The translations under genes and the position numbers were made by a program. Positions 1-8,732 of a stretch of DNA of 45,929 nucleotides are shown here, piece after piece (the stretch's first letter is position 1; every line of letters starts with the position of its first letter). The notes under the pieces were generated by a model. It made no database searches. It was given only the letters and a program-made list of their open reading frames with translations, and had not been told where the DNA came from. The stretch is from Patescibacteria group bacterium (GTDB taxonomy: Archaea; Nanobdellota; Nanobdellia; Pacearchaeales; GW2011-AR1): positions 1 to 45,929 of the forward strand of contig JBNMFJ010000001.1 of assembly GCA_051269935.1 (NCBI GenBank), read 5' to 3'.

Positions 1-161
1 AAAATAATATATTCATGTTTTATTCTCCTCCTTTCAGCTCTTTTTTCATAAAATTATTATGTGTTCGCTGTTTATATGCTTTTCTTGCTATATCTATTTA
101 AGTGGATTATTGATATGCCTTAGATATAGTTAAGAAAGAAACTGATCCGAATGCTAGGACT

Positions 162-584
162 TTGGCTCAGATTGGGAAATATGAGGGTATGGAAAAATAT
201 AGGTTATTAGAAGAAAAGGATACAATTATTTATGAGTTTAATCGGAGACTTGATAATCTGACAGATTATGTATTTACTGAGGGCAATTCTGTTAGAGGAG
301 CAGGTTTTGAAGAATTGGATTCTAATCTGAATATTGCATATGACAGGATATATGATATTAATCCTTATTTGTCAAAGGATGATAAAATTAATTTATTGGA
401 AATAGATCATCGTAAGATTAACTTATATGATCTTGTTGATGTAAGGTTGCATTCTGAGATTGAGGATCTTCTGATTCCTTTGAGGGAAAAACAAGCTGAG
501 AGGAAGAAAGCTATTGTTAATGTTAAAGAAAAAAAGCCAACTTTTGTTGAGTATCAGATGCCGAATGTAGTGGTCTTGGAATAG
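162..584 (+). CDS. hypothetical protein (140 aa)
   Basis: ORF track; TTG start at 162 with in-frame ATGs shortly downstream. No motif recognised. Confidence 0.45.
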   Translation: MAQIGKYEGMEKYRLLEEKDTIIYEFNRRLDNLTDYVFTEGNSVRGAGFEELDSNLNIAYDRIYDINPYLSKDDKINLLEIDHRKINLYDLVDVRLHSEIEDLLIPLREKQAERKKAIVNVKEKKPTFVEYQMPNVVVLE

Positions 585-618
585 GTATTTTTATAATGAG
601 ATATTGTTTTTAGTTTAG

Positions 619-1098
619 ATGGAACGTTTAGTTATTGATAGTGAGACGACTGGGTTATCTCGGAATCAGCATCAGCTGTTATTCAACTCCCTTTTTTCAA
701 AAAGGGGTTGGCCCCAAAAAGGATATTCTTTAAGATCTAAAAAATATAGATTGTTTTGTATTTGGAGAAGTGAATTCTCCATACAAAATTGTAAGGCTGG
801 GTTTGAGATTTATCAGGGGGAAAGTAGATGGAACGTTTAGTGATTGATAGTGAGACGACTGGTCTCTCACGGAATCAACACCAACTATTATTCAACTCCT
901 TTTTTCCAAAAAGGGGTTGGCCCCAAAAAGGATATTTTTTAGATCTTAAAAAATATAGATTGTTTTGTATTTGGAGAAGTGAATTCTCCATACAAAATTG
1001 TAAGGCTGGGTTTGAGATTTATCAGGGGGAAAGTAGATGGAACGTTTAGTGATTGATAGTGAGACGACTGGTCTCTCACGGAATCAACACCAACTATT
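619..1098 (+). repeat. 209-bp tandem repeat, 2.3 copies (619-827, 828-1036, partial 1037-1098). Each unit is the first 62 bp of the exonuclease CDS plus a 147-bp hairpin-rich insert.
   Basis: Direct reading: ATGGAACGTTTAGT...CAGGGGGAAAGTAG recurs with period 209. ORF track shows three ORFs all starting MERLVIDSETTGLSRNQHQLL. Confidence 0.95.
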
Positions 1099-1594
1099 GA
1101 CTTTGGGGATGTTGTTGGTTGATGTTTCGAAGGATCATTTGGAGGTTATTGATTCGAGGCATTTATTTGTTCGGCATGATGAGTATAATGTTGATCGGTT
1201 TGCGACTGCTGTTCATGGGATTAATATTGCTGAACATAATAAGATTGGGATTGATACGAATCAGGCGTGTCGGGCGGTTGAACATTTTATTGATGAACAT
1301 AGCTTGAGAATTACTCCTATTTTGGGGCATAATGTGCATTTTGATGTGGGATTTTTGACTACGTTATTTGAGGAGGAGGGACGGAGTTATCCAATTCATA
1401 CTGAGAAGGATGATACTATGTATATGTGGAGGCGATTGAAGAAGCAGGGGGCTGTGAAGTCATTTGGTGACAGTAAGCTGGGTACTATTGCGAGGTATTT
1501 TGATATTGATTATACGAAGGCTCATGATGCGTTGGCGGATTGTGAGATTACGGCTAAGGTGTTTCATCGGTTGCTTGGGATAAAAAGTGTGTAG
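1037..1594 (+). CDS. DnaQ-like DEDDh 3'-5' exonuclease (DNA pol III epsilon-like fold)
   Basis: Exo I VIDSETTGL, Exo II GHNVHFDVGFL, Exo III HDALADCEITAKVF (H-x4-D). Confidence 0.85.
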   Translation: MERLVIDSETTGLSRNQHQLLTLGMLLVDVSKDHLEVIDSRHLFVRHDEYNVDRFATAVHGINIAEHNKIGIDTNQACRAVEHFIDEHSLRITPILGHNVHFDVGFLTTLFEEEGRSYPIHTEKDDTMYMWRRLKKQGAVKSFGDSKLGTIARYFDIDYTKAHDALADCEITAKVFHRLLGIKSV

Positions 1595-1645
1595 GTTGCT
1601 TTGGTATGTAATTATGCTTATAAAGGATGAATAATTGCTTATTTT

Positions 1646-2662
1646 ATGGCAATCGATAATGATTTGGATGATCTTGCTAATGATACTAGAATTCATTATA
1701 GAAGTATGAATGTCGCAGAGCTTAGAGAGAATAAAAATGAATTGATGTCTGAGATTCGTTCTTCTTTGTTAATGGTTGGAGATGCTCTTTCCAGAATGGA
1801 GATAGATAATGTTTCGGAAGATGAACTTCATAATTTTGCGGGTGCTAGCGAGAATTATAATTTTTGGATGGGGAATGCTGACTTTTTTAATAAAAAGATT
1901 CCAAGTTATGCCTTAGACTTAACAAATATTGATACTCTTTATTCTGCATTTTTTTCTGAATTTACGTCTAGGCTTAGTGGACCTGAAATGTTTGAAAGAT
2001 ATAAAACTATTGTTAAGGGTTATAATCAAACGGATGTTGTTTCTCATGAACTTATACAGGAACTTAAGCATAAAGATATTTTTTATTCAATGATGAGAGG
2101 GAGTAGAGGAATGCCATTGATTACTGAGGGAGCTATTCATGAAGAAAGACATTGTGAAGAATATTGTTTTTATGGTATGGAAACTCATTTGGATAAAATG
2201 AGGAATATGATTGATCGGGAAGATGGAGTAAAGGACTATTTGAAAAGTATGGGTCTTAAAAGAGATGTTCTTGGAAGGAATGTCTTGGCTACTGATTTTC
2301 TTTCTCATGCTACAAATTTTAGAATATATCGTCAAATGCTTTGTTCTTCTTATCATAAGGATACGGATGGATTGGATTCTATGTTAGACAAATTGGAAAA
2401 AAATGATTTTTATTTTTACCGTTCTCGGTTAGCCTTTACTGCTGAATTTTCTGATTCTAAGGAGGTTTCTGAAATGACAATTAATGAGTATTCTACTATG
2501 AAGGCAGCTACTTCTATAGCTGAGGGGAGTACTGTTGTTGGATTTTTGGATAGGTTGGAGAAGGATATGAAAGATAAGTTTGTTTTGTATAGGCAAGAGG
2601 TTAGAAGCTTGAATAGGGATTCTGAATATATTGAAATGCATGGATATGATTATAATTTGTAA
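1646..2662 (+). CDS. hypothetical protein (338 aa), predicted mostly helical
   Basis: Long ORF with clean coding bias. No motif recognised. Confidence 0.6.
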   Translation: MAIDNDLDDLANDTRIHYRSMNVAELRENKNELMSEIRSSLLMVGDALSRMEIDNVSEDELHNFAGASENYNFWMGNADFFNKKIPSYALDLTNIDTLYSAFFSEFTSRLSGPEMFERYKTIVKGYNQTDVVSHELIQELKHKDIFYSMMRGSRGMPLITEGAIHEERHCEEYCFYGMETHLDKMRNMIDREDGVKDYLKSMGLKRDVLGRNVLATDFLSHATNFRIYRQMLCSSYHKDTDGLDSMLDKLEKNDFYFYRSRLAFTAEFSDSKEVSEMTINEYSTMKAATSIAEGSTVVGFLDRLEKDMKDKFVLYRQEVRSLNRDSEYIEMHGYDYNL

Positions 2663-2720
2663 GAGTAAAACTAGCTTAGAGTATACTTATTCTTATAAAG
2701 TTCTATTTTAGTTCTTTCTT

Positions 2721-3647
2721 ATGGCAAATAAAACAAAAAAAGTTAGAGATTTTTCTAATGTAAAATTGGCTACTCGGAGGCCAAAAATTCTTATGGGAAT
2801 GGATAAGGCCTTAGGAGAAATTGAAACTTTACTTACATCTCATGAAACTATTAATCAAGAGTTTAAGGAAACTTTTCATTCTACGAGTGGGGAGTTTGTT
2901 AAACAGCGTGGGTTTGCTTCGGAATTGAATGGAGCGAAGCATCTGTATGATCTTGAGAAGATTGATGTGAAATATTTTGATGATAGATATGAATCGATGA
3001 ATACTCTGTATGAAGAGGTTGTTAATGGGAATGGTACATTAGGATTTGAGGTTGAGATGCGTAATAGTTTGGGATCTACTTTGGAAGAAATCCCTAGATC
3101 TTTGGAAAATGAAAATGAAAATAATTATGTAGGTTTGGAGGCATTAGGATTACTTAAATCACCAATTAAAAAGATGAGGATGTTAGTATGGGGTAATGAA
3201 GAGCCTATTGAAAAAAATCAAAATAAATTTTTGAATCTAAGAGGGAGACGAGGAGTGAATAATTTTTTGAAGCAAAGTGAATTATTTGGTTTTCATCGTT
3301 ATTACTTAGTAGAATCAAATCTCTGCAGGCATATAATTCCTGATGATATTGATGATGATATTATTTATTCGGAAACTCCGATTTTGAAGCCCGAGTTTCA
3401 TGAGAAATTAAAAGGACATGATATTGATTATTATCGTGTTCGCCTGGATTATGTGCTAGAAACATCTATTAGTCCTCATACTCAAGAACGAGCTTTGGAA
3501 GAAATCAAATTTATGGATGAATTTGGTGTATCTCCTGCTTATATTAATTCTGATCATTTTGTTAGAGAGAATGTATTGCCTTTGCTACGAGAAGAAATGG
3601 GGAGACTTTCAACGTTTCCTTATTTGGATGATAAAGATGATGTTTAA
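2721..3647 (+). CDS. hypothetical protein (308 aa)
   Basis: Long ORF. No motif recognised. Confidence 0.6.
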   Translation: MANKTKKVRDFSNVKLATRRPKILMGMDKALGEIETLLTSHETINQEFKETFHSTSGEFVKQRGFASELNGAKHLYDLEKIDVKYFDDRYESMNTLYEEVVNGNGTLGFEVEMRNSLGSTLEEIPRSLENENENNYVGLEALGLLKSPIKKMRMLVWGNEEPIEKNQNKFLNLRGRRGVNNFLKQSELFGFHRYYLVESNLCRHIIPDDIDDDIIYSETPILKPEFHEKLKGHDIDYYRVRLDYVLETSISPHTQERALEEIKFMDEFGVSPAYINSDHFVRENVLPLLREEMGRLSTFPYLDDKDDV

Positions 3648-3830
3648 TTACCAACCTGTTCGTTTGAACTTCTTCTCTAGATCTGCTTTTGTTAACAGTC
3701 AACTTTTCTTTTAAAAAAAGAAAGTTGGCAAAGAAAATATGTTTCTTCTAAAAAGTGGCAAAGCCATTTTTAGAAATAATTTTTACCAACCTGTTCGTTT
3801 GAACTTTTTCTCTAGATCTGCTTTTGTTAA
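3648..3830. repeat. 48-bp direct repeat (3648-3695 and 3783-3830, 1 mismatch) of the mutL 3' end, flanking an 87-bp hairpin-containing insert (3696-3782)
   Basis: TTACCAACCTGTTCGTTTGAACTT[C/T]TTCTCTAGATCTGCTTTTGTTAA occurs twice. The second copy is the genuine mutL end (reverse strand ...LTKADLEKKFKRTGW*). Confidence 0.9.
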
Positions 3831-5612
3831 TTGTATTGTTGTTGGTCGTCCATGTGGACAGGTATAGGGGTTTTCGCAGTTTCCAAGTTTGAGCATTAAG
3901 AAATTCATCTGGGAGAGGGTTATTTCGTCGCCGGCTTTTATGCTTGCTTTGCAGGCGAATCTTATTATCCTGTCTTCTATTTCTTTGTTAATAATTCCTG
4001 GTGTTGCGGTTGTTAATTGATTGATTATGTCTATTAATACGTTGGCGTTTTTGAGGCGGTCGAATACTTGGGGTATTGTTGACACTTTTATTGTATTGTT
4101 GCCGAAGTCTTCGATGTCGAATCCGATATTATTTAGAAATTCTTTTTGTGAAATTGTTTTTAGATATTGTGTTGGGTTGAGTTCAATTACTTGTGGGGTT
4201 ATGAGTGCTTGTTTTTGTAAGGCGTTGTTTTTCCGTTCTTCGACAAATTTTTCGTAGTTTACTCGTTCTTCTGCGGCGTGTTGGTCTATTATGAGCATTC
4301 CGTCTTCGCATTCGGCTAGGATAAACATTTTATTTGTTTGGCCTAGGATGTTTATATTTTCAAAAGGATTGAGTTTTTCTAATTTTTCTAATTCTTCAGG
4401 ATAGGGTTGTAGTTTGGTTTCTGCCATTTCTGCGATGGAATGATCATATACTTTTTTATCTTCTTTTGGGATGGTGTATTCTGATGTTATTTGTGATTGA
4501 TCCAGTGATACTTCTTCATTTGTTGGTTGGGCTGTGAATAGATTACTTTGTGTATGGTCTTGGATTTCATAGGTTTTTTTCTGCTGCTTTACTTCGGTGT
4601 TGTCAAGGTTCACTTCTGGAATTAAGATTTGATTGTCAAATGCTTTTTTGATCGCTAGGTAAAATGCCTCGCATACTTCTTGTTCTTTTTTTAATCTTAC
4701 ATCTAGTTTGTTGGGGTGGATGTTGATGTCAATTTCTTTAGGGTTGATTGTTATGTTTAGTATAAAGATTGGGTGTCTTCCGGTAAAGAGGAGTGTTTTG
4801 TAGGTTGCATAGATTGCTTCGGAGATTACTTTGCTTCTGATGTACCGGCCGTTGATATATAGAGATTGTTCGCTTTTGTTTGCTCTTGTGAGTTGGGGTT
4901 TACTGGTATACCCTTGGATTTTTAGGTTTTGGGTTCTGTAGTCTACTTCTATTAATTGTTTTGCTGTTTCGGTTCCGTAGATATAGATTATATTGTTGAG
5001 TTGGTTGTCTGTTGCTGGGGAGTTGATTATTTCTTTTTTGTTATGGTGAAGGGTGATTGTAGTAGTTCTGTTGATGATGGCATATTTGGTTACTATTTCT
5101 ATTATGTGCGCGAGTTCTACTTCTGGGGTTTTGAGGAATTCTTTTCTTGCTGGGACGTTGTAGAAGAGGTTTGATATTTCGATTATGGTTCCATCTGAGC
5201 ATCCTACTTTTTGGTCATTGAGTTGTATTCCGCCTTCAATTTCTAAGAGATATCCGACTTCGTTGTCTTTTGTTTTTGTCTTTATTTTTATGTTTGAGAC
5301 TTCTGCGATTGAAGCAAGGGCTTCTCCTCTGAATCCTAAGGAATAGATTGCATTAAGATCTTCTTCTGTTTTTATTTTTGAGGTTGCGTGTCTTTTGCAG
5401 GCTAAGTGAAGGTCATCTCGTTCCATTCCGTCTCCGTTATCTGATATTTTTATCTTTGTTATTCCGGCATCTTCAATTTCTATTTTGATTTGGGTTGCGT
5501 TGGCATCTATTGCATTTTCTAAGAGTTCTTTGATGACATTGGCTGGTCGCTCGATTACCTCTCCGGCTGCGATTTTATTGATTAAGTGATTGTCTAATAG
5601 CTTTATTGTCAT
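3783..5612 (-). CDS. mutL: DNA mismatch repair protein MutL
   Basis: N-terminal GHKL ATPase motifs (IAAGEVIERPANVIKELLENAIDA, DNGDGM, GFRGEAL) and a C-terminal dimerisation region. 609 aa. Confidence 0.95.
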   Translation of the reverse strand: MTIKLLDNHLINKIAAGEVIERPANVIKELLENAIDANATQIKIEIEDAGITKIKISDNGDGMERDDLHLACKRHATSKIKTEEDLNAIYSLGFRGEALASIAEVSNIKIKTKTKDNEVGYLLEIEGGIQLNDQKVGCSDGTIIEISNLFYNVPARKEFLKTPEVELAHIIEIVTKYAIINRTTTITLHHNKKEIINSPATDNQLNNIIYIYGTETAKQLIEVDYRTQNLKIQGYTSKPQLTRANKSEQSLYINGRYIRSKVISEAIYATYKTLLFTGRHPIFILNITINPKEIDINIHPNKLDVRLKKEQEVCEAFYLAIKKAFDNQILIPEVNLDNTEVKQQKKTYEIQDHTQSNLFTAQPTNEEVSLDQSQITSEYTIPKEDKKVYDHSIAEMAETKLQPYPEELEKLEKLNPFENINILGQTNKMFILAECEDGMLIIDQHAAEERVNYEKFVEERKNNALQKQALITPQVIELNPTQYLKTISQKEFLNNIGFDIEDFGNNTIKVSTIPQVFDRLKNANVLIDIINQLTTATPGIINKEIEDRIIRFACKASIKAGDEITLSQMNFLMLKLGNCENPYTCPHGRPTTIQLTKADLEKKFKRTGW

Positions 5613-5682
5613 GGCTTTGTTAGGTATTTCTTGTTTAAAAGGAATATTGTGGTATATACTAATGTTTATAATGAGATAGTTA

Positions 5683-6318
5683 TTGAATTTCTTTATGGTA
5701 GATACTTTGGAGGGCTTGGCATTTGAGAGAAATGTTGGTGGAGATTCCTCTGACTTATTATATGTAGTTACTGTTCCTCCTTCAATCTTGGAATTAGAAC
5801 ATGAATCTATTGTTTCGCAGTTTGATGATTTGGTTGATAGTCTTGCTGCTGATATGAAGTCTTATGGGTTTGTAGATCATGTTAGCGTTTTATTTAATGG
5901 CGATTCTATAGGAGCTAAGGAATACTTTATTGGTTCTGTTTCACATTCTTTTGATAACTCTGAAGATTGCCGTTATATATTGAATAAAAGAAAGGATGAA
6001 GAGATTTCATATTTTTTTGTAAAATCTTCGGTAGCTTCAGTAACTATGGGAGTATTGACTTATGCTCTTCTTCCAGTTGGGAAATCTTTAGTTAATTATG
6101 TGTGCCCGGATCTTATTGGGATTTCTCCTATGCCTTTGGATGGTTCTATACTTACTTATGGGGTTCCAGGTATTCTTTCGGCTGCGGTAACTATTGGATT
6201 GTGGTCAGGTCATGAGATTCTTGAGGATAATTTTGTTAGGAATCGTTTGAAGGAGGGAGAGAGGTTCTCTGAATATCAATTATTAGATAAATCCTTTGTG
6301 TATGAAAAATTAGGGTAA
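5683..6318 (+). CDS. hypothetical protein with C-terminal hydrophobic segments
   Basis: ORF track. Hydrophobic stretches VASVTMGVLTYALLPVG and GILSAAVTIGLW. No motif recognised. Confidence 0.45.
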   Translation: MNFFMVDTLEGLAFERNVGGDSSDLLYVVTVPPSILELEHESIVSQFDDLVDSLAADMKSYGFVDHVSVLFNGDSIGAKEYFIGSVSHSFDNSEDCRYILNKRKDEEISYFFVKSSVASVTMGVLTYALLPVGKSLVNYVCPDLIGISPMPLDGSILTYGVPGILSAAVTIGLWSGHEILEDNFVRNRLKEGERFSEYQLLDKSFVYEKLG

Positions 6319-6349
6319 TGTTTATATTGCTTAATTAATGGTTATTATT

Positions 6350-6552
6350 ATGAATATTAAGACATTTCTGAATGGTATGTTGATGGGGAGACTCAACTAT
6401 TCTTTTTCTAAAAAGAAAGTTGGCAAAGAAAAAAATATTCTTCTAAAATGTGGCAAAGCCAATTTTAGAAGTTGTCTATTTGGTATTGTTCGCCCAAGGG
6501 AGGAATCTCTCTATGAATATTAAGACTTTTTTGAATGGTATGTTGATGGGGA
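6350..6552. repeat. 40-bp direct repeat (6350-6389 and 6513-6552, 2 mismatches) of the DUF368 gene 5' end, flanking a 123-bp insert (6390-6512)
   Basis: ATGAATATTAAGAC[A/T]TTT[C/T]TGAATGGTATGTTGATGGGGA occurs twice. The insert shares a core with the 3696-3782 insert. Confidence 0.9.
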
Positions 6553-7349
6553 TTTGTGATTTGGTTCCCGGGATTAGTGGGGGGACTATGGCGTTTGTGT
6601 TGGGGATTTATGAGCGGTTGATTTTGGCTGTTTCTGGGTTGATTAGTTTTACTGCAATTGATGAGGTGTTTTCTGGTATTTTTTCTTGGGATAGGGCTGT
6701 GTTTCGTAAGTATGATTTGGGATTTTTGTTTACTTTGTTGTTTGGGATTTTGACTTCACTTATATTGGGTGCTCGAATTGTTTCGTATTTACTTGAGCAT
6801 TATTTTGTGTATACTATTTCGTTTTTTATTGGGTTGATTTTGTCTTCTGCTTTGTTGATTTTTAGGGCCATTAAGAGTCATACTTTTGGTGATTATATGT
6901 TTGGTGTTTTGGGCTTTGTTTTGGGTGTATTGTTGTTGTTCTTGATTCCGATTAGTGTTGAAGTCTCTGAATTATATATTTTCTTTAGTGGTTTTATTGG
7001 AATTTCTGCTATGTTTTTGCCTGGGATTAGTGGGTCTTATTTATTGTATATTTTAGGGAGTTATGAGACGATGTTGTCGGCTGCGAGTGATCCTGTTGGT
7101 TCGATTGGGATTATTGTTGTTTTTGGCTTAGGAGCTTTGTTAGGGGCTTTATCTATTGCTAAGTTGATTGGGTACTTGTTTAGGCATTATGAGAGTGTTA
7201 CCTTGTATTTCTTGTTTGGGTTTGTTATTGGGTCTTTAGGTGTTCCACTGAGGGATGTGTTGGGGTATAGTTTGGGGTATGTGGAAGTTATGATTGGATT
7301 GGTTCTGTTTCTGGCTGGGATGATAGTTGTGTTGTTAGTTGAGAAGTAA
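6513..7349 (+). CDS. DUF368 family integral membrane protein
   Basis: Duplicated signature DLVPGISGGTMAF and FLPGISGSYLL; multi-pass hydrophobic protein. Start moved to ATG 6513 (GGGAGG 8 nt upstream) because the 6450 start of the ORF track lies inside the inserted element. Confidence 0.8.
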   Translation: MNIKTFLNGMLMGICDLVPGISGGTMAFVLGIYERLILAVSGLISFTAIDEVFSGIFSWDRAVFRKYDLGFLFTLLFGILTSLILGARIVSYLLEHYFVYTISFFIGLILSSALLIFRAIKSHTFGDYMFGVLGFVLGVLLLFLIPISVEVSELYIFFSGFIGISAMFLPGISGSYLLYILGSYETMLSAASDPVGSIGIIVVFGLGALLGALSIAKLIGYLFRHYESVTLYFLFGFVIGSLGVPLRDVLGYSLGYVEVMIGLVLFLAGMIVVLLVEK

Positions 7350-7354
7350 GGTTT

Positions 7355-8350
7355 TTACTTTTTGCAGAAAGCTAATATTTTAGACTTATCTTCAGAGCAA
7401 TGTTGATGTACTTGTCCGAAGTGCATATTGAGGAATGTTAATAATTCACTTTTTTCATATTTATAAGCTACAGCAACAATTATTTTCTCTTCTTTTTTGA
7501 AAAGGATCTTTTTATCTTGAAAGCTAATTTTTTTGTCAGACAATAAAGTAAAATAAATTTCAATTCTTTTATTCCTAAAACGTGCCTGAAATTTTACATC
7601 CTTGGCATCTAATCCAATTTGTAAAGGAATATGAACTAAAAATTTATAAAAATTCTTATTATTTGCATATGATTTTGCTCGTTCGCTCTGTTTATTATCA
7701 TTTATGGCTGCATCAACAATAAAAATATCATTATGTCTCATTGAACTTCGAATTTCATATAAAAATTCATTAATTTCAAAATTACCCAATGTATTACCAA
7801 ATAGTAATATTACATTTTTTTGAAACTTCCCTTTTCGTAACAAGGGTGTGATATTCTCTAAATTCTCAAAATCTGAAATATTATATTGAAATTCAACAAC
7901 TTCTTTTATATCTGCATTAGAGAATGTTTCAATAGCTTTCTCAACCAGGTAACCACTAATGTCAATGGGACAATATCTTATTTTCCCAGGAATTTTACTT
8001 TTAATAAGGTCAATAATTTTTTTACCCTTTATTCCATCACCGCATCCTAGATCGATAATGTTAACATTATCATCCCCAATCATATCTATTAATTCATGAG
8101 CATATTGGGCAACTAAATCTTCATGATGGCGTTGACCTATTTGATTTTTATATTCATTATCCTTATCTAAGTCCAAATATCCCTTCGCTTGCTCAGGCGT
8201 TAAATACCACAATTTCGAATCAGCAATATTCCAAACTTTCTTCCCATCCTCCAAAGCACAGCCACGCTTGATTAGTTCCTTAAAGATTAAGTCATTGATC
8301 CCTGTATTACCAGATTCGGTGGATTGGGTGTCTTTTTTTCCTGTTTCCAT
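7355..8350 (-). CDS. class I SAM-dependent methyltransferase (EgtD/Methyltransf_33-like)
   Basis: IIDLGCGDGIKG (motif I), YCPIDIS, LLFGNTLGNF, as in the EgtD-type histidine N-methyltransferase family. Substrate unknown. Confidence 0.6.
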   Translation of the reverse strand: METGKKDTQSTESGNTGINDLIFKELIKRGCALEDGKKVWNIADSKLWYLTPEQAKGYLDLDKDNEYKNQIGQRHHEDLVAQYAHELIDMIGDDNVNIIDLGCGDGIKGKKIIDLIKSKIPGKIRYCPIDISGYLVEKAIETFSNADIKEVVEFQYNISDFENLENITPLLRKGKFQKNVILLFGNTLGNFEINEFLYEIRSSMRHNDIFIVDAAINDNKQSERAKSYANNKNFYKFLVHIPLQIGLDAKDVKFQARFRNKRIEIYFTLLSDKKISFQDKKILFKKEEKIIVAVAYKYEKSELLTFLNMHFGQVHQHCSEDKSKILAFCKK

Positions 8351-8511
8351 AAAGGGAAAGCGTAATTTTCTTTTTTATGTGTTGTGTTATCATTTAAGGA
8401 TTACTAAGTAGTGACGCCGCTGTAGATAGTTTTATTAAGGCGTGTTTTCTTCTATATTTTGTGCTTTTTGGTGTTATAGATATCTCTATATTTTCTTTCT
8501 TAAATAGCAAC

Positions 8512-8523
8512 CTTTTTAAATTG
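8512..8523 (+). promoter_or_regulatory. TATA-like box upstream of tRNA-Glu(UUC)
   Basis: CTTTTTAAATT centred about 27 nt upstream of the tRNA 5' end. Confidence 0.4.
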
Positions 8524-8544
8524 AAATCTGTGAATATATATTAT

Positions 8545-8617
8545 GCCCTTGTAGTCTAGTGGCCAAGGATGCTGCCCTTTCACGGCGGTGACCCGGGTTC
8601 AAATCCCGGCGGGGGCG
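8545..8617 (+). tRNA. tRNA-Glu (anticodon UUC), intron-less, CCA not encoded
   Basis: Hand-folded cloverleaf: acceptor GCCCTTG/CGGGGGC, anticodon stem CTGCC/GGCGG, loop CTTTCAC, T arm CCGGG-TTCAAAT-CCCGG. Confidence 0.9.
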
Positions 8618-8619
8618 TC

Positions 8620-8630
8620 TTATTTTTTTA
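8620..8630 (+). terminator. T-tract (T7) immediately after tRNA-Glu
   Basis: TATTTTTTTA directly 3' of the discriminator base. Oligo-T tracts act as archaeal terminators. Confidence 0.35.
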
Positions 8631-8732
8631 GATTATTTCTTAGGATATATGTCTAGAGAGTAGATTGGGTTTATTCGGGATTTGGTATGAACACTATATA
8701 CATTTATAACAAAGAGTATTTACTGAAGTACT

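Noticed and set aside
1-50. Possible start of a minus-strand gene leaving the window (ATG at 16-14, CCTCCT/AGGAGG at 27-32)
   Set aside because: Only five codons are visible, too little to support a feature call.
619-1098. Tandem repeats that might be mistaken for a CRISPR array
   Set aside because: The period is 209 bp with no short conserved repeat / unique spacer alternation. The units are whole-unit duplications that include a gene 5' end.
6338-6523. 61-aa ORF and the 6450 start proposed for the DUF368 gene
   Set aside because: Both read through the inserted 123-bp element. The conserved protein begins at ATG 6513, which has its own GGGAGG site. The 61-aa ORF is the orphan gene start running into the insert.
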